In this document: positions 33,649-42,329 of the stretch, in pieces
Layout: each line of letters starts with the position of its first letter
How positions within the stretch are numbered: the first letter of the stretch is position 1
Assembly (NCBI GenBank): GCA_963796315.1
Contig: CAWCLH010000020.1
Coordinates: forward strand, 127,245 to 191,244
DNA from: an uncultured Actinomycetota bacterium
GTDB taxonomy: Bacteria > Actinomycetota > Thermoleophilia > RBG-16-64-13
DNA: 64,000 nucleotides
Direction: 5' to 3'
Program-made: the position numbers and the translations under genes
The notes under the pieces: generated by a model
Seen by the model: the letters and a program-made list of their open reading frames with translations, nothing else
What the model was told of the DNA's origin: nothing
Databases searched by the model: none

Positions 33649-34471
33649 GTGCGCTCGGCGCCGGAAGCGGGGCCGGCCGCGCCGGTCGGCGTGCGCGGCC
33701 CGGTGACAGCGGCGGCGGGACCGGACCGCTGGCTCCGTCCGGCCGGGCCGGTGATGGCCCTGCTGGGGGTGGTGTTCGCCGCGGTCGTGATTCCCTTGGA
33801 CGATGGCCTGGTGGGGCGCGACCTGGGCATCGGGCTCTTCTACTTCATCGTCGTGGTGGATTTCGTGGTCTTGGGGCTCTCGTTGGCCGGCTGGGGGGCG
33901 AACACCCGCGCGTCGGTGGAGGTGTACTACCGGGCGACTGCTCAGCTCGTGGCCTACGTGGTACCCCTGGGCCTCGCCTACATCGGCGCCGTCATGATGG
34001 CCCGCTCGCTCTCGACCGTCGCGGTCGTCCGGGCACAGCAGGACCTGTGGTTCGTGGTGCTGCAGCCGCTCGGTTTCGTGCTCTACCTGGTGACCGGATT
34101 GATGCAGGCCTATCGGGCGCCCTTCATCGAGCCGTTCTCCGCCTCCATCGCTCACGGCGTGTATGGGTCGTCCGCCGGCTGGCAGGCGGTGCTCTGGCGC
34201 GTGGCGCTCTCCGGCACGCTCCTGGTCGTGGCGGCGATGGGAGCCGTGCTCTTCCTGGGCGGCTGGCAGGGCCCCGTCCTGCCCGGTCCCGCCTGGATGG
34301 CCCTCAAGACCTTCGCCCTGCTGGGCTTCATGGTCTGGGCGGGCAGCCCACGTCACACCGCTGCCGGTGGCGCGCATGCTCGAGCTGGCCTGGAAGGTCC
34401 TGATCCCGGTCGGGCTGGCCAACGTCCTCCTGGTCGGCGGGTTGATCCTGCTGGGCGTCGGTCCCGGGTAG
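33649..34471 (+). CDS. nuoH: Complex I subunit H homolog (NuoH/ND1), recognisable from TM2 onward; 5' boundary unclear; frameshift near 34340
   Basis: ..PDRWLRPAGPVMALLGVVFAAVVIPLDDG...FYFIVVVDFVVLGLSLAGWGANTRAS...APFIEPFSASIAHGVYGSSAGW...AWMALKTFALLGFMVWA(frameshift)AHVTPLPVARMLELAWKVLIPVGLANVLL. The conserved N-terminal quinone-loop motifs were not found in any frame upstream. Confidence 0.7.
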
Positions 34472-34481
34472 GGGGCGAGGG

Positions 34482-35497
34482 ATGGGCGCCGTCATGGAGT
34501 GGATCGCCTTCGCCCTGCTCGCCTTCATCGCCCTGGCCGGGGCGCTGGGCATGGCCACCACCATGAGCATGTTCCGCAGCGGCATCTTCCTCATGGCCTC
34601 CTTCATCGGGGTGGCCGGTCTCTTCGTGCTGCTCTCGGCCGACCTGCTCGGCCTGCTCCAGGTGATGATGTACATCGGCGGCATGCTGGTCATGATCCTC
34701 TTCATGGTCCTGTTCAGTCACGACCCGGGCGGCAGCATGATGGCCGGGATGGAAGGGCTTTCGCCGGTAGAACGCGCCTTCAGCCTGGGTCTGACGCCCA
34801 ACGAGGAGGAGTCCGATCAGCCCGCTGACGGTGGTCCCATGGAGGGGATGACAGCCGGGGCGCACGAAAGCCACGAGGGCATGGGCGACAGGCCCGGCGG
34901 CCACGAGGGTCACGGCGGCATGCGGTGGGCACGAGGGCCACGAGGGCATGGAGGGCATGGCGGGCGGCGGGCACGAAGGCCACGGTGGTGGCCACGATGG
35001 CGGGCGGCGGGCACGAGGGCGACGACGGCATGGAAGGCATGGCGGGCGGTGAACAGGAGGGCCACGGCGGCATGTCCATGGCGGACATGAGCATGACCAC
35101 GCCGGTGAAGCGCTGGGCGGCCCTGCTCGGCGGCGTGCTGGGCGTCGGCCTGATGCTGTTGATCCTGCTGCGACCGGCCTGGCCGGTCGCAGCTCAGGTT
35201 CCCGACCCCGACTCGGCCCGCCGGGTGGGCGAGCTTCTCATGGGCAAGTACATGATGGCCTTCGAGGGGGCCGGCCTGCTCATACTGATCGGTATCTTCG
35301 GCGCCGTGCTCCTGGCCCGGCCGGGTTCGTACCCCGACCCGGCGTCGCGCGCCGTGCCGGTGACGAGCGACGCGCCTCCGCCCCCCATCGCCGAGGACCG
35401 CCCGCCGTCGGCCGACGCGTTTGTGCCTTCCGCAGCGGGCGTCGAGACCGAGGTGCTGGCCTCGCACGGGGACCGGCCGGGCGAGGACGGACGTTGA
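34482..35497 (+). CDS. nuoJ: Complex I subunit J homolog (NuoJ/ND6) carrying a His/Met/Gly/Glu-rich repeat insertion; frameshifts inside the repeat
   Basis: MGAVMEWIAFALLAFIALAGALGMATTMSMFRSGIFLMASFIGVAGLFVLLSADLLGLLQVMMYIGGMLVMILFMVLF.. (NuoJ core), then the HEGH/MEGM repeat, then a TM helix ..WAALLGGVLGVGLMLLILL. Confidence 0.7.
34840..35100 (+). repeat. Imperfect tandem repeat (about 45-nt units) encoding (M)AGGGHEG(H/D)..GMEGMAGG His/Met-rich motifs inside nuoJ
   Basis: Repeated nucleotide blocks ggcatgga(g/a)ggcatggcgggcgg and gggcacga(a/g)ggc(c/g)ac. Every reading frame of the region carries HEGH/GMEGM-type motifs. Confidence 0.7.
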
Positions 35498-35805
35498 GCG
35501 TCCCCATCGAGGCCTACCTGATCGTATCCGCCGGCCTGTTCGGCATAGGGGTCTACGCCATCGTGGCCCAGCGCTCCGCCGTCATGATCCTCATGGGGAT
35601 CGAAGTGCTGCTCAACGCCATCGGGCTCAATCTCGTCACCTTCTGGCGCTTCGTCGCCCCCGGCGACTACTCGGCCCAGATCTTCACCATCATCATCGTG
35701 ACCGTCGGGGCGGTGGAGATGGGGATCGGGCTGGGCATCATGATGCTCCTCTTCCGCAACCGGCGGACCGTGCAGGTGGACCAGTACCAGGATCTGCGGG
35801 GCTAG
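35494..35805 (+). CDS. nuoK: Complex I subunit K (NuoK/ND4L)
   Basis: MSVPIEAYLIVSAGLFGIGVYAIVAQRSAVMILMGIEVLLNAIGLNLVTF...IIVTVGAVEMGIGLGIMMLLFRNRRTVQVDQYQDLRG. Confidence 0.85.
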   Translation: MSVPIEAYLIVSAGLFGIGVYAIVAQRSAVMILMGIEVLLNAIGLNLVTFWRFVAPGDYSAQIFTIIIVTVGAVEMGIGLGIMMLLFRNRRTVQVDQYQDLRG

Positions 35806-35814
35806 GGGGGCCGC

Positions 35815-37760
35815 GTGAGCCTGATCTTGCTCCTCGTCCCTCTGCTGCCCCTCGGCGTCGGTCTCGTGCTGACGGCGACCGCGCTTCGGGGCGGGGGTCA
35901 CCCCGGATCCGGGGCCGGTTGGGCGACGGCCGCCGCCACCGCCCTCTCCCTGGCGGGCGTGCTGGTCCTCACCGGCAGCGAGACCGCGATCGGCATGAAG
36001 TGGCTGGTGAGCGGGAGCCGCTCGCTGCCCGTGGGCCTCGAGCTGACCGGGCTGACGTGGTTCGCCTCGTTGCTGGTGTCCGCAGTCTCACTGGCGGTGG
36101 TGGTGTACGCGATCGGGTACTGCAAGGGCCCGGGCGGACCCGTTTCTTCGCGGGGCTCTCGTTCTTCATCGGGGCCATGCTCACCTTGGTGCTGGCCGAT
36201 TCCCTGGTGCTTCTCTTCGCCGCCTGGGAGGCCGTGGGTCTCGCCTCCTTCCTCCTGATCGGCTTCCACTTCCAGGAACCTGCTGCGCGGCGGGCGGCGC
36301 TCCTCGCCTTCGTCGTGACGCGGTTCGGCGACCTGGGTCTGTTGCTCGGCTGGCTGTTCCTCGTGGACCGGACCGGGACGGCGGCCATCGCCGAGGTCCT
36401 CGGCCAGGCGCAGACGGGGGCGCTGACCGGAGCGGAGCTGACGCTGGTGACACTGCTCCTCTTCGGGGCGGTGGTGGGCAAGAGCGCCCAACTCCCTCTG
36501 ACCGCCTGGCTTCCCGCCGCGATGGCCGGGCCCACGCCCGTCTCGGCCCTCATCCACTCGGCCACGATGGTCGCGGCCGGGGTCTTCCTGGTACTGCGGC
36601 TCTTTCCTCTGTTCCAGGCGGCGCCCGCCACGCTGAGCGTGCTGCTCTGGGTGGGTCTGGGGACCGCCCTCCTGGCGGCGGTGATCGCCACGGTCCAGAT
36701 GGATCTGAAGCGGGTGCTGGCCTGGTCGACGGCCTCCCAGCTGGGAGAGATGGTCCTGGCTCTGGGAGTCGCCGCTCCGCTCGGTGCCGCCTTCCACCTG
36801 GCGACGCAGGCCAGCTTCAAAGCGGGGTTGTTCCTGGCCGCCGGCGCGGTGGACCACGGTGCGGGCAGCCGCGACCTGCGCCACTTGGGAGGCCTTTGGC
36901 GGCGCATGCCGGTGACCTCGGCCGCCTTGGCCGTCTCGGGCCTGGCCTTGGCCGGGATCCCCCCGTTCGCCGGTTTCTGGAGTGAGGAACTCCTGCTGGC
37001 GGCGGCGGTCCGTCATGGCCCCTGGCTGGGAGCGGTCGTCCTGGGCCTGATAGGCCTCGCCGGGCTCTACATGGGACGGGCCGCCGCCGCCGTCCTCTTC
37101 CGCTGGCCGGGGGCGCCCGAGCCGGAGGCCACCGATCCCGGGAGGCCGATGCTCGCCGGCCTGGCCGGCCTGGCCATCGCGGCGGTGGGCGTGGGGGTCC
37201 TCCTGCAGGCCTGGGGGACCGAGGTCCTCCCCTACCCGGAGGAGCCCGGGGCCGGGGTGGCTTGGCGCTGGGCGCCGTGGCCATGGCGCTGGCCGGTCTT
37301 GCCGCCGGGGGTCTGTTGGTCCGCCGCCGGGGGCCGGTCGCGCCGCTGGCCCCCTTCGCACGGCCCCTCCAGGGGGCGGTCGAAGGGTGCGGTCGTCGGA
37401 CCCGGTCGGCTGGTCCTGGCGCTGGCCGGCGCGGTCGACCGCGTAGAGCTCCTCTTGGACGGCGCCGCCGGCGCCGCCGGTCGCTGGGCGCGTCACGCGG
37501 CCGGCGTGGTCGACCGACTCGAGGGTGGCCTGGACCGGGGTGCCCTCGCCGCCGGCGGCGGGGGTCTGGCCGCGGCTCGGCTGGTCGACCAAGTCGAGGA
37601 CGGTGCGTTCGCTCCGGGGGGCGACGGGTTGGGTCGGACGCTGTCCCGGGGGGGAGGCCTTCTCCGCGGGGCCGAGAGCGGGCGAGTCTATCTCTACACC
37701 TTGGCTCTCTTCCTCTGGCTGGGAGCGGCTGTCCTACTGAGCTACGTCTGGTGGCGGTGA
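35815..37760 (+). CDS. nuoL: Complex I subunit L homolog (NuoL/ND5); frameshift near 36150
   Basis: ..AWEAVGLASFLLIGFHFQEPAARRAALLAFVVTRFGDLGLLLGWLFL...KSAQLPLTAWLPAAMAGPTPVSALIHSATMVAAGVFLV...WSTASQLGEMVLALGV.. is the NuoL/antiporter-like signature. Confidence 0.8.
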
Positions 37761-37764
37761 CACG

Positions 37765-39233
37765 ATGCTGAGCGCGGTGATCTTCCTCCCCTTGGTCGGC
37801 GGTCTGGTGGTGCTGGCGTTACCCGCCGGCCGGCCGGACTGGGCCCGGCGCGTCGCCCTGGCGACCAGTCTGGTGGAGTTGGTGCTGGTTGCCATCGTCA
37901 TCGCCGGGTTCGACAGGGGGCGGAGTGGGCTGCAGTGGCGGATGGACACCGCCTGGATCCCGTCGCTGGGGGCCCGCTACGACGTGGCCGTCGACGGTAT
38001 CTCGTTGCCTCTGGTGGCCCTGACGGCGCTGCTCGCGGCCGTGGTCATGGTCTACGTCCTGCCCCAGCGCGACCGCGTGCGCGGGCACGCCTTCCTCTTC
38101 CTGTTGATGACCACCGGTCTGATCGGCGTCTTCGTCTCCCGCGACCTGCTGCTCTTCTACCTCTTCTTCGAGGTCGGCCTGGTGCCCATGTACTTCATCG
38201 TAGGTGTCTGGGGGCACGAGCGCCGGCGTTACGCGGCACTGAAGTTCTTCCTCTACACCCGGGCGGGTAGCCTGGCGATGCTCCTCTCCTTCCTCGGGAC
38301 TCTACCTGCATACCTCCCCCCGGACGTTCTCCCTGGACGCCATGGCCGCCCATCCTCCCCTCACCGGGGCGGGCGCCGGTCTCGCCCTGCTCGGACTGGT
38401 CATCGGGTTCGGGGTGAAGCTGCCCATCGTTCCCCTGCACAACTGGCTGCCCGACGCCCACGTGGAGGCACCCACGGAGGGCAGCGTCATGCTCGCCGGG
38501 GTCCAGCTGAAGATGGGGGCCTACGGCCTGGTGGCCGTGATGCTCCGGGTACTCCCCGAGACGACACGGCGCTACGGCTGGGTGCCTCGTGGCCTTGGCG
38601 CTTCTCACCTTGGTCTACGGGGCGCTGGCCGCGCTCGCGCAGCGCGACCTGAAACGGTTGGTGGCGTACACCTCCGTCAACCACATGGGTTACGTCCTGC
38701 TCGCCGTGGGTGCCTGGGCCCTCCTCGAAGATCCCGGTGCGCGCCAGTTGGCGCTGAACGGCGCCGTCGTCCAGATGGTCAGCCACGGGCTCTTGACCGG
38801 CGGGTTGTTCTTTCTGGTCGGCATGCTGCAGGACCGGGCCCACACTCGGGATATGGGCCGCTTCAGCGGACTGCAGGCGCAGGTCCCCGTGTACAGCTGG
38901 ATGCTGGCACTGTTCGCCTTCGGCTCTCTGGGCCTGCCCGGGCTCTCGGGGTTCATCGCCGAGTTCCAGGTGCTGGGCGGCACGATCGGCGTGGGCGTCT
39001 GGGCCGCGGCGGTGGCGGTGCTGGGATTGATCGTCATCACCGGGCTCTTCGTGCGCATGGTGGTGGACGTCGTGATGGGATCCCCGGCCGCGCCCGTCAC
39101 GCTGGCCGACCTCCGGCCCCGCGAGCTGACCGCGCTCGTGCCGCTGGCCGGCTTCTCCCTGCTCATCGGCCTGCTCCCCGTGACCCTCGTGGCTGTCGTC
39201 GACGCCGCGACCGCAGCGCTGGCCGCGCTCTGA
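37765..39233 (+). CDS. nuoM: Complex I subunit M (NuoM/ND4); two frameshifts
   Basis: [19 protein letters not shown]...[46 protein letters not shown]...[41 protein letters not shown]...[18 protein letters not shown]. Confidence 0.8.
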
Positions 39234-39242
39234 CGGTCCGGG

Positions 39243-40742
39243 GTGGCCTCCACCGGCGCCATGCAGTGCCTCGACCTCTGGGCCGTCCTGCCCGAGTTGG
39301 TCCTGGCCGGCACCGGCTTGGTACTGGTGCCGCTGGCCGGCTTCGTGCACGGGCACGGTCGATGGCGCTACCTTCCCGCCGCCGTCGCCGCCATCGCGCT
39401 CCTGGCAGCCGGCGGACTGACGGTGCGCATGCTCGGTTGGCAGAGCCAGGCGGTGTTCTGCGATACCTACGCGTTGGACGGGTTCGCCCACGTCTTCAAG
39501 CTGCTGCTCGTGACCGGGGCGCTCCTCAGTCTGTTGGTGATCGCGGTCCACTTCCGGGACCGGGACCAGGTGGCCCACGCCCCCATGGCGCTCCTCTTCG
39601 TCACCTTGGGGGGGATCGGCCTTGCCTCTGCCCTCGACCTGGGCTTGATCGTCCTCTTCCTCCAGATGCTCAGCCTGCCGGCCTACCTGCTCATCGCCTT
39701 GGTGCGCAGTGACACGCGCGGCAACGAGGCCACCCTGAAGTACTTCATCTACGGGGCGGCCGCTCTGGCCATCATGGCCTACGGTCTCACCTTCCTCTAC
39801 GGCATGACGGGCAGCCTGGAGCTCCGGACCATCGGACAGGCCTTGGCGGAAGGGGGCGGGGACGCGGTGTGGGTCGCCGTGACGCTGGCCTTCGTCGTCG
39901 TGGGGTTCGGCTTCGAGATGACGCTGGTCCCCTTCCATTTCTGGGCGCCCGATGTCTACGCCGGGGGCACGGCGGCCGTCACCGGTTTCATCTCGGTGGT
40001 GCCCAAGTTGGCTGGGTTCGCCGCCGCGCTCCGGTTCGTCCTCCTGGTGTATCCGGATGGGTTGAGCGGCTGGCCGACGGCGCTGGCGGTACTGTCCGTG
40101 GCCACCATGACCCTGGGCAACCTGGTGGCCCTCCGTCAGACCCGCCTCAAGCGCCTGCTGGCGTACTCGAGCATCGCGCAGGCGGGCTACGTGCTGGTGG
40201 CCGTCGCCGTCAGCTCCCGGGTGCCGAGCGCACTGCCTGCGGTCGGCTACTACCTGGCGGCGTACCTCTTCATGAACCTGGCCGCCTTCGCCGTGGTCGC
40301 TCAACTCGAACGGCAGACAGGAAGCGACCGGATCGATGGGGTGCGGGGGTTGGGCCGGCGGGCACCCCTGCCCGCCGCCGTGCTGGCCCTGGCATTGCTG
40401 TCCTTGGCCGGCATCCCGCCGCTGGCCGGCTTCGCCGGCAAGGTGTTGGTGCTGACGGCCGCCATCGACGGGGGCATGGCCTGGCTGGCGGTCCTCGCGG
40501 CGCTCAACATGGTGATCGCGCTGGCCTACTACCTGGGGGTCATCGCCCAGATGTACCTCAGTCCGCCGCCGGAACCGGCCCTGCCCCACGAGACCGGGTC
40601 CCTGGGTCCCTGGACCGCCCTCCCCACCTCACCGCTTCACTGGCCCGCCTATGCGCTGACCACCGCCGGCACCCTGGTCTTGGGCATCGCGCCCTCGCTC
40701 GGACTTGCCCTGGCGGAGCGCCTGCGCGACCTGGTGACCTGA
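39243..40742 (+). CDS. nuoN: Complex I subunit N (NuoN/ND2)
   Basis: 499-aa intact ORF. ..[45 protein letters not shown]...[33 protein letters not shown]...[18 protein letters not shown]. Confidence 0.85.
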   Translation: MASTGAMQCLDLWAVLPELVLAGTGLVLVPLAGFVHGHGRWRYLPAAVAAIALLAAGGLTVRMLGWQSQAVFCDTYALDGFAHVFKLLLVTGALLSLLVIAVHFRDRDQVAHAPMALLFVTLGGIGLASALDLGLIVLFLQMLSLPAYLLIALVRSDTRGNEATLKYFIYGAAALAIMAYGLTFLYGMTGSLELRTIGQALAEGGGDAVWVAVTLAFVVVGFGFEMTLVPFHFWAPDVYAGGTAAVTGFISVVPKLAGFAAALRFVLLVYPDGLSGWPTALAVLSVATMTLGNLVALRQTRLKRLLAYSSIAQAGYVLVAVAVSSRVPSALPAVGYYLAAYLFMNLAAFAVVAQLERQTGSDRIDGVRGLGRRAPLPAAVLALALLSLAGIPPLAGFAGKVLVLTAAIDGGMAWLAVLAALNMVIALAYYLGVIAQMYLSPPPEPALPHETGSLGPWTALPTSPLHWPAYALTTAGTLVLGIAPSLGLALAERLRDLVT

Positions 40743-40850
40743 CCCCGCAGCGGCGGGCGTCGGGCTTGGTGGTGGCTCCCCTGCGTTTTCTCGCCGCATC
40801 TCGCGGCTATAGTCTGGATAGTGTGAACGGCGAGCACCGGCGAGGTACGG

Positions 40851-41561
40851 GTGAACGGCTGGAACGCGTCATCGGATGAGCAGCGTCCTGTGCAGCGAGT
40901 CACCCGGTCCAAGCTCCAAGCGAGGCGGTGGTACGACCGGCTGAGCCCCTGGTACGACCTTCTGGAAGGGCGGTGGGAGCACCCGGCGATCGGGCAGGCG
41001 CTTGACCTGCTGGCGGTGGAGCCCGGGGAGCAGGTGCTGGAGATCGGACCGGGCACGGGTTGGGCGCTCATCCGGATGGCGGAGGAGGTGGGGCCCGCCG
41101 GCAGGGTCTTCGCCGTGGACCTCTCGCCGCGGATGGCCGCCGCCACTCGGGACCGCCTCGCGGACGCGGGCCTGGGTGATCGCGCCCAGGTCAGCGTGGG
41201 GGACGCCTGCCGGCTCCCCTTTCCGGACTCCCGATTCGATGCCGTCTTCATGAGCTTCTTTCTGGAACTCATGGACTCCCCGGATATCCCGGTCGTCCTG
41301 GGCGAATGTCGGCGATGTCTGCGCCCCGGGGGCCGCCTGGCGGTGGCCTCGCTCTCCCGCAAGGGAGGCGGGGTGGCGCGGTGGCTCTACGAGCGGGGGC
41401 ACGATCTGTTCCCCTCCGTGCTCGACTGCAGGCCCATCGACGTGGAGGCTTCCGTCGCGAATGCCGGCTTCCTGGTACGGGAAGCTCGGCTGATCAGCAT
41501 CGAGCGCCTGCCCGTCGAGTTGGTGCTGGCGCGCCGGCCTGGGCACGACCCGAGGAGGTAA
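40851..41561 (+). CDS. Class I SAM-dependent methyltransferase (UbiE/COQ5-like)
   Basis: ..GEQVLEIGPGTGWALIRMAEEVGPAGRVFAVDLSPRM...GDACRLPFPDSRFDAVFMSF (motif I E/DxGxGxG plus post-I acidic residue). Confidence 0.7.
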   Translation: MNGWNASSDEQRPVQRVTRSKLQARRWYDRLSPWYDLLEGRWEHPAIGQALDLLAVEPGEQVLEIGPGTGWALIRMAEEVGPAGRVFAVDLSPRMAAATRDRLADAGLGDRAQVSVGDACRLPFPDSRFDAVFMSFFLELMDSPDIPVVLGECRRCLRPGGRLAVASLSRKGGGVARWLYERGHDLFPSVLDCRPIDVEASVANAGFLVREARLISIERLPVELVLARRPGHDPRR

Positions 41562-41564
41562 GCG

Positions 41565-42329
41565 ATGCCAAGAAGCGAGTCCCTGGAGGCTCAGGCTCCC
41601 GGCCGTCCGGGGGGTCCGGCGGACGTCTGGCTCTCCGCGCGCGGACTCTCCAAGAGCTACGGGCGCGGGCCGGCGGTGGTGAACGCCCTGAGCGACGCCA
41701 CCCTGGACGTCAGGGCAGGCGAACTGATGGTCATCCTGGGGCCGAGCGGCTCCGGCAAGACCACACTGCTCAACCTGCTTGGGGGGCTCGAACGTCCCAC
41801 CGCGGGCTCGCTGCGGGCCTTTGGAGAGCCCTTGAGCGAGTGGGACGAGGACCGTCTCACCCGCTACCGGCTGGAGAAGGTGGGCTTCGTCTTTCAGTTC
41901 TTCAATCTCGTGCCCACTCTGACGGCGCAGGAGAACGTGGCCCTCCTGGCCGAACTGACCGGCCCGGAGCCGGAGGCTCGGGCCGAGGCCGCCCTGGCCG
42001 AGGTGGGTCTGGGAGATCGGCGGGATCACTTCCCCGGGCAGCTCTCGGGCGGCGAGCAGCAACGGGTCGCGATAGCCCGGGGACTGGTCAAAGGGTCTCC
42101 CCTGCTGCTGTGCGACGAGCCCACCGGCTCCTTGGACGTCGAGACCGGCAAGCGGGTGCTGACCGTGCTCCGGGACGTGACGCGGACCGGGGGCCGTAGC
42201 GTGCTCATCGTCACCCATAACGCCGTCATCGCCCGCATGGCCGAGCGGGTGGTGCGCATCCGCGACGGGCGCATCGTGGCCGACGACCTCAACCCGCATC
42301 CGGCAGAACCGGGGGATCTGGACTGGTGA
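41565..42329 (+). CDS. ABC transporter ATP-binding protein (MacB/LolD/FtsE-like)
   Basis: Walker A GPSGSGKTTLLN, ABC signature LSGGEQQRVAIARGL, Walker B LLLCDEPTGSLD. Confidence 0.85.
   Translation: MPRSESLEAQAPGRPGGPADVWLSARGLSKSYGRGPAVVNALSDATLDVRAGELMVILGPSGSGKTTLLNLLGGLERPTAGSLRAFGEPLSEWDEDRLTRYRLEKVGFVFQFFNLVPTLTAQENVALLAELTGPEPEARAEAALAEVGLGDRRDHFPGQLSGGEQQRVAIARGLVKGSPLLLCDEPTGSLDVETGKRVLTVLRDVTRTGGRSVLIVTHNAVIARMAERVVRIRDGRIVADDLNPHPAEPGDLDW

Noticed and set aside
34840-35100. Tandem repeat considered as a possible CRISPR array or mini-satellite
   Set aside because: The units are imperfect, lack spacer-repeat periodicity, and lie inside the nuoJ coding region. They are interpreted as a coding low-complexity insertion.
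40743-40850. Short GC hairpin (CCCGC-AGCG-GCGGG) after nuoN as a terminator
   Set aside because: Only a 5-bp stem with a weak downstream T-run (gcgttttctc). Not convincing enough to annotate.
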